DNA from: a virus
DNA length: 64,000 bases
Strand: one strand, 5' to 3'
IMG/VR virus record: IMGVR_UViG_3300009103_000015
Location: 13,877-77,876 of that record
Part shown: in pieces, positions 1 to 9,512 of the stretch
How positions within the stretch are numbered: the first letter of the stretch is position 1
How the letters are laid out: each line of letters begins with the position of its first letter
Notes under the pieces: model-generated
Databases searched by the model: none
What the model saw: the letters and a program-made list of their open reading frames with translations, nothing else
Told to the model about the DNA's origin: nothing
Translations under genes and position numbers: made by a program

Positions 1-135
1 GTTAAGTGCCCACAATGTAAAACAATAACAAAAATAATTGGAGATGTAAAAGCAGAAAAGTGGAGTGAACCTTCATTCAGATGTCCTGATTGTCATATAG
101 AAATACCATTATTAATTAGAAAGGGAGCTTTGTAA
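1..135 (+). CDS. Partial small Zn-ribbon protein (5' truncated)
   Basis: Frame 1 reads VKCPQCK...FRCPDCHI, stop TAA 133-135. Confidence 0.6.
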   Translation, partial: VKCPQCKTITKIIGDVKAEKWSEPSFRCPDCHIEIPLLIRKGAL

Positions 136-136
136 T

Positions 137-559
137 ATGTTGCATCCTGAAAAGAAAGAAAAGAAAAAAGAAGTTGATGATAGAAGGGATATGGTAAATA
201 AAATGTTGATAAAGGGAGCAACTCAATTAGAAATATCAAACCAACTAAAAATTTCCATTAGCACAGTTGAACGTGATGTTAAAGTAATAAAAGAAAATGC
301 TAGTAAGTGGTTAGATGATTTAGCAAAGAAAGGTATTGTCCATGAATGGAAACAGGGATTAGAAAAGTTAAGAGAAACTGAAAGAAAACTAAATCAAATA
401 TTGCAAGAAAAGGAATTATCAAGAGATGATACACTTAGAATTTTAAAACAAAGAGATGAAAACATAGCATTACAAACTCAATTCTTAATGGATGGTCCAG
501 CACTTCACGCCATAAAATCTCACATGAATGATATAGGTGAAATTGATGACCACTTATAG
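137..559 (+). CDS. terS: Terminase small subunit (HTH)
   Basis: N-terminal HTH (GATQLEISNQLKISISTVERDV), helical C-terminus, overlaps TerL. Confidence 0.7.
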   Translation: MLHPEKKEKKKEVDDRRDMVNKMLIKGATQLEISNQLKISISTVERDVKVIKENASKWLDDLAKKGIVHEWKQGLEKLRETERKLNQILQEKELSRDDTLRILKQRDENIALQTQFLMDGPALHAIKSHMNDIGEIDDHL

Positions 560-2330
560 AAGTAAGATTCAAACCTTCGTTAAAACAAATACGAATTGGT
601 TAGATGACGAAGAAGAACTTCCAGAATTACCAACTGATATTAAACAATGGATTAACGTAGCAAGACCTTTTGTTGAAGGTCAACAGATGAGAAGAAGTTT
701 TCTAACGATTCCATTTTGGGAAGCAATCTATGAAGATAAGACACAAGACATAATGGTTGTCGCTGGAAGACAGGTTTACAAATCTACATTCGCAACAGAT
801 ATTCTAGCAAATTATACTACCAGTAGAAACAATATTTCAGTTTGTTATGTAAGTTATGATGATGTTAACAGAAACGCTTTCAGTAATCAGAAATTAAGAG
901 TTGGAACGTTTCTAACAAATCCTATTCTACAAAGATTTCCACGTTCTGGAAAGAGTGCTGGAAACGTAGGAGAAGTTCCACTGAAAAATAATTCTACAAT
1001 ATATGTGACAACAGATCATTGGGGTTATAGACACGTAGAAGGAAAGTCACTTCAGGTTTGTATTCTAGACGAAGCACAATATCATGATATACAATTCTTA
1101 CCTAAATTGCAAGAAGCTATGACTGCAACGAAAGGAAGATTATACATTCTAGGAATTGGTGGAGAAGCTGGTTCTCCATACGAAAGATTATGGAATGATA
1201 CTGATCAAAGAGAATGGATTTACGAAGATGAGAATTGGAGAGATAAGTTGAAGTTTGATAAACATGGGTTAGTGATTGGAGATTATATGAAAGATATTTT
1301 GAAAGGTAAATGGAAATCAAATAAACCTCACAATAAACTCTTTCATGGTTATCATATTCCACAATACATAGTTCCAACAATACCTTTGACAATAGATGAT
1401 GCTGTTAAGAAATACAAACTACATCCAAAGTTCTCGATAGAATGGAAGAAGAAACATAATCCAACTTCAATATTCAATTCTCATGTTCTTGGTGGATTCT
1501 TCCACGCTTTGAGAAGACCTGTCACTAGGGAAATGGTAGAAGCTTGCATGGAATCTGATAAAGTATTGTTAACTCCAAGCCAGATAGCTCAAATCAAAGA
1601 CAAACAACAAAACAAAGTTAAGATTGCATTAGGAGTTGACTTTGGTAGCAGTCCTTCAAAAAGTGCAACAGTAATCTGTATTCTAATTCATTGGAGAGAA
1701 ACTGATAGATATCAAATGGCATTTATGGAAAAAAGACCAGCAGAAAATCAGATGGATCAAGCACAATACATAACAAAGTTGTTTGGTAAATGTAAATGTG
1801 ATATAGGATTCGGAGACTTAGGATATGGAGCAATTCAAGTTAAAACAATTCAAGATGGTGGAGCAGATAGAACTTCTGGAGAAATATTTGAGGGAGTGAC
1901 ATCTCAAAGATTTGTAGGTTGTAGAACCGTTGGAGATGAAAGTAAACCTATGATGAGATATGATAAGAAAGTAGATGAACATGGAGAGGTCACAGGTATG
2001 ATTAAACTAGACAAGACAACTATAATCCAAGAGTTCATAGATTTGTTAGAAACTCAAGTTCCAGATAAGAAAGAACCTGAAAATGAAAAGCTAGCAAAAA
2101 TGAAGTTAAGAATACCTAGTAAGAAGGATTGGGAAACAGATTGGTTGATTGATGAATTTTGTGAGATAACTCGTAGAGATCTAGATGAAATGGGAGATGT
2201 CGAGACAGGTGTTGATAAACGCATGAAAGTCAGGAAACTCTTCAACCATCCTAGAGATTCTACAATGTCTGTGATTTATGCAATGAAAGCTCTAGAATTT
2301 ACGAGTGAATGGCATTGGGTTTCAGCATAA
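537..2330 (+). CDS. terL: Terminase large subunit (ATG at 546 is an alternative start)
   Basis: Walker A-like AGRQVYKST, Walker B CILDEAQ, RNase H-fold nuclease motifs LGVDFG / GDLGYG / HPRD. Confidence 0.88.
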   Translation: MKLMTTYRSKIQTFVKTNTNWLDDEEELPELPTDIKQWINVARPFVEGQQMRRSFLTIPFWEAIYEDKTQDIMVVAGRQVYKSTFATDILANYTTSRNNISVCYVSYDDVNRNAFSNQKLRVGTFLTNPILQRFPRSGKSAGNVGEVPLKNNSTIYVTTDHWGYRHVEGKSLQVCILDEAQYHDIQFLPKLQEAMTATKGRLYILGIGGEAGSPYERLWNDTDQREWIYEDENWRDKLKFDKHGLVIGDYMKDILKGKWKSNKPHNKLFHGYHIPQYIVPTIPLTIDDAVKKYKLHPKFSIEWKKKHNPTSIFNSHVLGGFFHALRRPVTREMVEACMESDKVLLTPSQIAQIKDKQQNKVKIALGVDFGSSPSKSATVICILIHWRETDRYQMAFMEKRPAENQMDQAQYITKLFGKCKCDIGFGDLGYGAIQVKTIQDGGADRTSGEIFEGVTSQRFVGCRTVGDESKPMMRYDKKVDEHGEVTGMIKLDKTTIIQEFIDLLETQVPDKKEPENEKLAKMKLRIPSKKDWETDWLIDEFCEITRRDLDEMGDVETGVDKRMKVRKLFNHPRDSTMSVIYAMKALEFTSEWHWVSA

Positions 2331-2370
2331 TAAACAATGGATATTTATTTATCAACTTAATTAATTAATT

Positions 2371-2646
2371 ATGGATGAAATCCTAGAAAATAAGATATGT
2401 CCTAGATGCAACAAGAATGAATTAGAAGAAGATGGCAGAAATGCTGTTTCTAGAAGAGATAACAAAACTCAAATTTGTTCGAGTTGTGGGGAACGAGAAG
2501 CTTTCTGTGATTATTTCAAATACAGTTCGCTTCCAATATCAGAAATAAATGTGGAAAGAAATTTCCATAAGAAAATAGAAAGACCATATTCTAAATATAG
2601 AAGCTGGCATAGAAAAATAGATGAGGGAAGACAATGTCAAGTGTGA
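2371..2646 (+). CDS. Small Zn-finger protein
   Basis: CPRC...NAVSRRDN...ICSSCG. Confidence 0.65.
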   Translation: MDEILENKICPRCNKNELEEDGRNAVSRRDNKTQICSSCGEREAFCDYFKYSSLPISEINVERNFHKKIERPYSKYRSWHRKIDEGRQCQV

Positions 2647-2969
2647 CACTTCCTGAATACAAAGTCTATTCAGATAAAGGATATGGAGTGACAGAAGAAA
2701 GTATTCAATACTTAGAAACTCTGAAAGGGAAACTTGGTTCTATACGAAACATAAACATTGATCAGAACAGAGAAATGTCTATGGAAATTGTATGCGAAGG
2801 TGGATTAGTTCTTCTTTCAGGTTGCAACTGTGGTTATGGTGGAACTGGTCCACATGGTTCAATAAAAGTTCTAAAGATACTTGGTTTCAAAAACCCAAAA
2901 AGATACGAAGAACAAATCTTTGGAGAAGGGTGTGTAAGAATTGAAGTCAGAGAAAATGTCAGATACTAA
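2634..2969 (+). CDS. Hypothetical protein
   Basis: Coupled ORF with GCNCGYGGTGPHG motif. Confidence 0.55.
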   Translation: MSSVTLPEYKVYSDKGYGVTEESIQYLETLKGKLGSIRNINIDQNREMSMEIVCEGGLVLLSGCNCGYGGTGPHGSIKVLKILGFKNPKRYEEQIFGEGCVRIEVRENVRY

Positions 2970-3570
2970 CCCACTTCCAAAAGATTACGAAGTTCATGTG
3001 ATTGGAACTCCTGAAGGAGCAGATAAAGTAATTGCTCTAGATAAAGAAGGAAATCAACTCAATGATATTGAAGATGGAAGTGTAGAAGGTTTCTGTTTCA
3101 TAAAAAAACTTAGAGATGAATCTCCAGAGTATGATAGAAAGTTATGGAATGAATTAATTCGTATTGGTAGAAGAATTGAACCAAGAATTGAAGGCGAAAC
3201 TTTTGGTCAAAACAATCTAAGTAAACCTTTCATCAATGCAATCATGGGAACTCTACAATATTATGGAGCATCTGAAAAACAATTAAACCAAACCTTTCAA
3301 GACTTAGCAATCGCAAGATATAGAATATGGGATTGGCTTGGAATGTGTTATACTGGAGCTCTATGGGCTAAAGGTCAAACTTTCAAATGTATAGAGAACA
3401 TGGTTAAGTTATACATCTGCCAAGAAAATGTTGGTGGTTTCTGCTGGTGGTTGAGAGGTCATGACTTAGACATTGAAGAACCTCACAGATGTGGAGATTG
3501 TATAAACCAATATAGAAATTGGATGAAAGATGTCAAGACTAAAGGTTTAAACCCAAATGACTTTAACTAG
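2941..3570 (+). CDS. Hypothetical protein (ATG 2956 likely)
   Basis: 209-aa ORF, genome-typical codon usage, C-terminal HxCxxC. Confidence 0.6.
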   Translation: MKSEKMSDTNPLPKDYEVHVIGTPEGADKVIALDKEGNQLNDIEDGSVEGFCFIKKLRDESPEYDRKLWNELIRIGRRIEPRIEGETFGQNNLSKPFINAIMGTLQYYGASEKQLNQTFQDLAIARYRIWDWLGMCYTGALWAKGQTFKCIENMVKLYICQENVGGFCWWLRGHDLDIEEPHRCGDCINQYRNWMKDVKTKGLNPNDFN

Positions 3571-3578
3571 ATATAGAA

Positions 3579-4166
3579 ATGGGAACTGATATTTACTTAC
3601 ATTGGGATAACCAATCCACAGACGAAGCAGATAAACAGATAACAGGTTTCAGTATCGGTCATGGAAATGTAGGTTATCTTCGTGCATCAATAGGAATGAC
3701 ACAAGAAAATCAATTTCTTAGAATGATATTCCCTGAAATATATTGGAAGGGAGAGATATCTGAAGCTGATAAATGTGAATACTGTCAAGGTGATGGTTGG
3801 AATGAAACCAGAAAAGAAGAGTGTAGCGAATGTAAAGGAAGTGGTCAGAAAGATGGTGTATCAGGAATTAGATTTCAATTTAATTCTGCTTCTATGATGG
3901 CACTAGCAATATCATCTAGACTATATCTTGCACATGGAATAATGGGAAGTAAAATGCCTGAAGAAGATATTCCTAACAGTAAAATGTTAGAAGCTATACT
4001 ACACGCAGTTGCAGGCAAAGATACAAAAGTTGAAGTTGCTGACATGAATCAACCTGAAGATTTCTTTTCTAAGATAACTTGGTTGAAATCTGTAATAGAT
4101 TTCTTCTATTTAGGATTGGAAAAAGAAGAACAAGGTTTGAATCCGAAGGTGTATATCTCATGGTAG
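3579..4166 (+). CDS. Hypothetical protein with DnaJ-type CxxCxGxG Zn motifs
   Basis: CEYCQGDG and CSECKGSG. Confidence 0.6.
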   Translation: MGTDIYLHWDNQSTDEADKQITGFSIGHGNVGYLRASIGMTQENQFLRMIFPEIYWKGEISEADKCEYCQGDGWNETRKEECSECKGSGQKDGVSGIRFQFNSASMMALAISSRLYLAHGIMGSKMPEEDIPNSKMLEAILHAVAGKDTKVEVADMNQPEDFFSKITWLKSVIDFFYLGLEKEEQGLNPKVYISW

Positions 4167-4737
4167 AACAAATACAAATACAACGTAAGAGTGGTGGTGG
4201 AAAAGATAGAACACTTTCCTACCTCTGCTTTCGTGGTGGTCACATAAAGTGTAAAGGAAGATCATGCACTTGTGATTGCCACACCCAATAATTTTTTTTA
4301 GATAATTTCACACGAATTGAAGAACCAATTCGTGAACCAGAACCAAAGATCATCAATACATATCATTTTTCAAATTCGTGCCTATTAATTAATAAAGATA
4401 TTTATAGAAAGAATACATAAATAGATTGAAGGAAATGTCCGACCAGATATTGACTACACATGAAGCAGAAGTGTGCGAAGTATGCCAAGATCATTGTGAA
4501 ATGAGCTCGATGGGTCAACTTCTAATCTGTAAAGAGTGTGGTTCTGTCAAAGATGCTGAATGAGATAATTCATTCTCAATACTAATATGACACAAAGTCG
4601 TATAGTATTCTAGTGGCAACCATACTTAAATTTGAAGATAAGAAAGATTTTGTAGTCTATTTAGAATACATACTTAAATATGAAAACTTGGATTGATCAC
4701 GAACATTATATAGAAGTAATTTATTTAGAAATTAAGT

Positions 4738-5217
4738 ATGGCAAACGCCAAGACACGCAAACACAAAAGACAGAAGAATAAGCAAGACTATATTAGACAG
4801 TTTGATGATTTAGATTTAGAATTAATCCACACTCTAATAAGATCCTATTCAAAAATACTCAAAATAAATAAACCTGTTTCCTTAGTAGATAAGGAACAAA
4901 TGGCATCATTATTTTATTTTCACATGAATAAAGTTGAAAGAGAAAAGAATGTTAAAGAATTAGACTATATTTTTGGTTCAACATATCCTGATGATAGAGT
5001 AGTTTATTTGAACCCAAGACTTTGTAAGAGAAATTATCAAAGTTTAGTTGATACATTAATACATGAATTATTACACATCAAATATCCTGAAAAAACTGAA
5101 GAACAGATACTTGAATTAGAAAGACAGTATTCTGGAAGGTATGATTATAACATAAAGAATAATGAAATTTTAAAGAAAGAAGGCTTAACTCAAAACTGCA
5201 AGGTGATTAAATTTTGA
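4738..5217 (+). CDS. HExxH zincin-like metalloprotease domain protein
   Basis: TLIHELLHIKYP; TTATATA about 25 nt upstream of the ATG. Confidence 0.6.
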   Translation: MANAKTRKHKRQKNKQDYIRQFDDLDLELIHTLIRSYSKILKINKPVSLVDKEQMASLFYFHMNKVEREKNVKELDYIFGSTYPDDRVVYLNPRLCKRNYQSLVDTLIHELLHIKYPEKTEEQILELERQYSGRYDYNIKNNEILKKEGLTQNCKVIKF

Positions 5218-6056
5218 AATCTGCTAAAGTAAAAAGAACAGTTTTCATAAACGATACTCACGTTGGAAGTAATGTAGGGTTAATGACAGATAGTGCAGAA
5301 CATGAAGGTGGTAGAAGTGTTGGTATGACATATCAACAAGGATTAATGTTAGATCATTGGAAAGAAGTAGCAAAGAAATGGAGAGATCCTGATTGTATAG
5401 TTTTGAATGGAGATTTGATTGATGGTCCAGCAAAAGCAGATAGAGGAAGTTCTGTATGGACAGTTGACATGGATAATCAAGCTCAAGAGTTCAAGAAACT
5501 TTTCAAGATGTGGGGAAAGCCTAAAAAAATCTATGCAGTAATTGGAACTCCATATCACGTAAACATTGATGCAATTAAAATTGAAGAACAAATAGCAAGG
5601 GATATTGGTGCTGAAAGAGAAAACAGTAGATATGCAACTGAAGCTAAACTAATCAATCTTGCTCCTGATTCAACTTTCAAAACTGATAAAGAAAGAATAG
5701 TTCACGTAGCACATCACATGGGTTCAACTAAAGTTTGGATGTATCGTGGAACTGCTCCTAGTAGAGCAATGGCTATGATGATGTTAAACGAATCACATTT
5801 CCTAGAACGTTCAAGAAAGATATTCGGAATTATAAGAGCTCATGTTCATCATTATTGGCAAGAGAAATCTTCTAGTAGATTAATGCAAGTATTACCATGC
5901 TATCAATTACAAACGCCTTTCATGTATAAGATAATGCCTGAATCACCTCCTGATTTGGGAAGTGTTCAATTCAACTTTCATGAAGATGGAACTTGGGAAG
6001 ATGAGTATGCTCCATTGAAAACTAAGATTACTAGAATGAAGGTGAACCAAGCTTGA
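5214..6056 (+). CDS. Calcineurin-like metallophosphoesterase
   Basis: DxH (NDTHVG), GDxxDG (NGDLIDG), GTPYH, HH, AHVH motifs. Confidence 0.78.
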   Translation: MKSAKVKRTVFINDTHVGSNVGLMTDSAEHEGGRSVGMTYQQGLMLDHWKEVAKKWRDPDCIVLNGDLIDGPAKADRGSSVWTVDMDNQAQEFKKLFKMWGKPKKIYAVIGTPYHVNIDAIKIEEQIARDIGAERENSRYATEAKLINLAPDSTFKTDKERIVHVAHHMGSTKVWMYRGTAPSRAMAMMMLNESHFLERSRKIFGIIRAHVHHYWQEKSSSRLMQVLPCYQLQTPFMYKIMPESPPDLGSVQFNFHEDGTWEDEYAPLKTKITRMKVNQA

Positions 6057-6283
6057 ATACTGATGGACCTTCTTTCATTGATCCAGAAACAGGATTATTT
6101 GTTCTAACATTACCAGATTGGGAAGCTCTTGTCACTAAAGTTAGAGAATTAGAAATCAAAGTTCAGACTTTGGAGAAAGGAATTGGTTCCAAGTAGATGT
6201 ATGTGTGAATGTGGTTGTATGTCTCCCTTAGAAGATTCAAATAAATTGTTATGTGAACATTGTAAAAAGAAGGAGTGTCCATT

Positions 6284-6496
6284 ATGGGAATAGGAAGATG
6301 CAAAGGAATTTGTGATTCTCATAGAATACCAAAGACTAAGTATCATACTCATCATTATTGCAGATCATGTGAATGGTGGATTAAACAAGATGATTGTCAT
6401 AGTTCAAGATGTCCTTGCTGTGGAAGTTTAGTTTCAACAAGACCAAGAAATTCAAAGGCAAAAGAAAAATACAGGATGTTAGAAATTGAAGGGTAA
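6284..6496 (+). CDS. Thaumarchaeal-type small Cys-rich protein (paralog 1)
   Basis: CKGIC...YCRSC...CPCCG...RPRNSK; similar to 46380..46592. Confidence 0.65.
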   Translation: MGIGRCKGICDSHRIPKTKYHTHHYCRSCEWWIKQDDCHSSRCPCCGSLVSTRPRNSKAKEKYRMLEIEG

Positions 6497-6791
6497 AACA
6501 GAATACATTTCAGGAAAGGTTTTGACATACGTTCCAAAGGAAGCTATAACAGCTCAATATACTGAAAATCAAATATTAGAAGCAATAGATTATTTTGAAA
6601 AGAAAGATATTCTACCACTTAGACAAAATATACAGAAGAAAACAGGGTTTGGTAAATCATCTTGTAATGAACATCTAAGAAAATTATTAAAGTTAGATAA
6701 GATAACTGTCCAATATGCTAAAGTTCAACTAGAACATACAGTAGCAATAAGTGGAATATACCATTCAAAAGGTTTTAAACCAAAAAAATAA
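6486..6791 (+). CDS. Putative winged-helix DNA-binding protein
   Basis: IQKKTGFGKSSCNEHLRKLLKLDKI followed by a wing-like strand. Confidence 0.55.
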   Translation: MKGKTEYISGKVLTYVPKEAITAQYTENQILEAIDYFEKKDILPLRQNIQKKTGFGKSSCNEHLRKLLKLDKITVQYAKVQLEHTVAISGIYHSKGFKPKK

Positions 6792-6801
6792 TTCTAATAT
6801 C

Positions 6802-7056
6802 ATGTGGAATAGATTCTGGTCATGGTATGATAAACATACAACAGAATCATTATTGATGACAGCAATAATTTTGTTTATGCAAATTCCTCACATGGTCTGG
6901 GCAGGAGATGCTATTTTACAGAGTGGAGTTGTATGGGGAGCAAATCCAATCTTAGATTTCTTTTTGTATGGAATTGATTTGGTTGAAATTATTCCAATGA
7001 TAAATGTTGGAATGTTAATTTATAACAAGTTGAGAAAGAATGGCAAAACTGTGTAA
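6802..7056 (+). CDS. Small integral membrane protein
   Basis: Hydrophobic segments LLMTAIILFMQI and ILDFFLYGIDLVEIIPMINVGMLIY, basic C-tail. Confidence 0.6.
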   Translation: MWNRFWSWYDKHTTESLLMTAIILFMQIPHMVWAGDAILQSGVVWGANPILDFFLYGIDLVEIIPMINVGMLIYNKLRKNGKTV

Positions 7057-7173
7057 GAAATGTAATGAGTGGAAACCATACTCGTATTATTTTGATGATA
7101 GATTTAGAATGTGTGTTGACTGCTATGATTCATTGAAAATTATACTTAAATAAATTACTTCTAAGAACATATT

Positions 7174-7458
7174 ATGCTAGACTTCTTAACAGAGAACGTT
7201 TTAATAGTTCTAATAGGTTTGATAATAACTGCTGGATTTACAGGAATTACAGGTTATTTCAAGAAAAGAACAAATTGTTTGCAGAAAGTAGCAGATGAAG
7301 TAGAAGACTTAAGAAAAAGAGCATATAGAATTGAAAAAGCTTTGGTTATTCTCACAAAAATGCAAGAAGATGTTATAGAAAAAACACACCCTGAATTGAA
7401 ACCTGAATGGGAAGATATAGTAAAAGAATTATTAGATAAAGGAAATGGTCACAGATGA
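7174..7458 (+). CDS. N-terminal TM anchor plus coiled-coil protein (holin/antiholin-like)
   Basis: VLIVLIGLIITAGFTGITGYF then KKR and a heptad region. Confidence 0.55.
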   Translation: MLDFLTENVLIVLIGLIITAGFTGITGYFKKRTNCLQKVADEVEDLRKRAYRIEKALVILTKMQEDVIEKTHPELKPEWEDIVKELLDKGNGHR

Positions 7459-7576
7459 GTAGAGGTTATTGTTGTTTTCAATGTGGTTGTTGCACAGATG
7501 AACCAGAAAAAACCTGTTCATGCAAGTGTCATGGTCATTGAAAACATAAATAGATGTATAATGGAGTAATTTTGAA

Positions 7577-7828
7577 ATGGATCCATTAATTATGGTAGCA
7601 GGAGCATCAGTAATTGGTGCTGGACTGAATACATTGAGAGGATATTTGCACAGCAAAGAACCTTACAGTGCTAAGAAATTAGCTGGTTCTATAATCATTG
7701 CAACATTTGCTTCTTTGGCTTTAAGTCAAAGCATCATTGTTGACGGATTATCTGAATCAGGAATTATTCTTGTAGGTCTAGTCACAGGTTTTACTGCTGA
7801 TTATGCTATAACTAAAGCAAAGAAATAA
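7577..7828 (+). CDS. Holin-like protein, about 3 TM helices
   Basis: 83 aa, three hydrophobic stretches, basic tail TKAKK, upstream of a protease gene. Confidence 0.55.
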   Translation: MDPLIMVAGASVIGAGLNTLRGYLHSKEPYSAKKLAGSIIIATFASLALSQSIIVDGLSESGIILVGLVTGFTADYAITKAKK

Positions 7829-7903
7829 TCGTAGTTTTCTCTGATTTTTTGAAATTCAGTTAGTGAAAACTATAATCTATATTTTTTTATACTCATCATT
7901 AAT

Positions 7904-8782
7904 TTGATATACATGGTAATTCTTTCAAAGAAAGATGGAATCACAGATATACCTTCTTGTGTTATAACAGATACCTATGCAAATGAAGGATTAGTTTACA
8001 ATGAAGGAGTTCAATTTTCAACAGACTTAGAAATAGATGAATGGAAACATAAATGGAATCCTGAAAAAAGAGAGGGAAAAGATTACGGATATGTCACATA
8101 CAAATTATTGAAAGGTAGAGAATCAAAATCATTTCCAAATTCTAGTTTTGAGCATAAAGCATTAACCGTAGCATTGAGAACATGGGGATTGAGAACAAAG
8201 AATATTAGATTCAAAAGAATTTACAATGAAAATGAAGTTGCAGATATTGAAGTAAAATTTGAAACTAGGGAAGAGAATGATTATTTCAGAGATAAACCAA
8301 CTGTTCTAGCATACGCATATTTTCCTAATGGAAAAAAGATTGGTGGAGATATGGTATTCAATGATTCTATTTGGTGGTCAGAAGATGGAGAATCAGTAAA
8401 TGCACATGAATTAGATCCTGATAATTATCCAGCAGATACTAAAACCCAAATAAAGACATACAATCTAGTTCACGTAATGATACACGAAGCTGGTCACGCA
8501 TTAGGCTTGAAACATCAAACCAAATGTAAAGAATGTGTAATGTATCCTTATTATTCTGGAAAGGTTGTTCTTCATGATGATGGAGATAGAATGTTTAGAG
8601 TTCATGGTTCAGAATACCCATTGACCAAAAAAGCCTACGATTATTATGTAAAGAATGGATATACTCCAGAACCAATAGAAATGCCACACGATGTTGATAG
8701 AATACAAAGTTTCTATGGAAAAAGAACCTTAAGTCAAAGAATTATTGATTATTTTAGACGTAGAAATGAAAGGAAGTATTAA
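7904..8782 (+). CDS. Matrixin (peptidase M10) zinc metalloprotease (ATG 7913 likely)
   Basis: HEAGHALGLKH (HExxHxxGxxH), Met-turn VMYP, VLAYAYFP, GGDMVFND, DVDRIQSFYG. Confidence 0.88.
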   Translation: MIYMVILSKKDGITDIPSCVITDTYANEGLVYNEGVQFSTDLEIDEWKHKWNPEKREGKDYGYVTYKLLKGRESKSFPNSSFEHKALTVALRTWGLRTKNIRFKRIYNENEVADIEVKFETREENDYFRDKPTVLAYAYFPNGKKIGGDMVFNDSIWWSEDGESVNAHELDPDNYPADTKTQIKTYNLVHVMIHEAGHALGLKHQTKCKECVMYPYYSGKVVLHDDGDRMFRVHGSEYPLTKKAYDYYVKNGYTPEPIEMPHDVDRIQSFYGKRTLSQRIIDYFRRRNERKY

Positions 8783-8828
8783 TAGGAACAGAATAAACTA
8801 ATTAACCAGACAATTCTTTAGAAGATCA

Positions 8829-9134
8829 TTGCCAAATAGAAATAAGAAGACATTCGGAGAGCATAATGGTAAACATAAATACATCTCCAAGAATTACCAA
8901 CGGAATTGGAATGTAAAAGATGATTCTCTAGAAGTTAAAACTGATGTTGAAATTGAAACTGGAGAGAAGGTTGTAGTAGATACAGAAGTTAAAATAGAAA
9001 AGGCAGATTTACCAAAAGAAGTAAAGAAACAAAGAAGAAAGTTGATTAAGAAACATCATCCAGATAAGAATCCAGACGATCCATCTTCTGCTGAAAAATT
9101 AAAAAAAATATTAAAAGACTATGACGGAAACTGA
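8829..9134 (+). CDS. Protein with C-terminal truncated J-domain
   Basis: VKKQRRKLIKKHHPDKNPDD...AEKLKKI: HPD motif between two helices. Confidence 0.65.
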   Translation: MPNRNKKTFGEHNGKHKYISKNYQRNWNVKDDSLEVKTDVEIETGEKVVVDTEVKIEKADLPKEVKKQRRKLIKKHHPDKNPDDPSSAEKLKKILKDYDGN

Positions 9135-9198
9135 TTAATTAATTAATTTTATTTATATAGAAAAATATACTTATTAAGACAATAATTGTAGAACTACT

Positions 9199-9507
9199 AT
9201 GCCAAGTCGAGGAAGATACTGGAAACAAGGAGGACTAAAAGATAATGTAGTCACTTCAGCAGATATTAAAGATGCTTCAATCGTATCAGCAGACATCAAA
9301 ATTTTTGTATCATCAGAACAAACTGGAAATGGTTCAGCACAAAACATTGCTCATGGATTAGGTTCAACTCCTACCAAAGTAATTGTTGCTTTGACTGAAT
9401 TTGGTGGTTCAACAGCAGTAGATGTAGCAGAGGGAACTCATACATCAACTAATTGTGTTGTCACAGTTTCATCAGGTGTAAAATACAAAGTATGGGCACA
9501 GGTGTAA
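9199..9507 (+). CDS. Small beta-rich virion (decoration/fibre-associated) protein
   Basis: S/T/G/V-rich, IAHGLGSTPTKV motif common in fibre modules. Confidence 0.5.
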   Translation: MPSRGRYWKQGGLKDNVVTSADIKDASIVSADIKIFVSSEQTGNGSAQNIAHGLGSTPTKVIVALTEFGGSTAVDVAEGTHTSTNCVVTVSSGVKYKVWAQV

Positions 9508-9512
9508 GCGAT

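Noticed and set aside
4621-4684. Direct repeat CATACTTAAAT(T/A)TGAA 48 bp apart
   Set aside because: Only two copies; can be explained by a short ORF (ILKFE/ILKYE) or chance in AT-rich DNA
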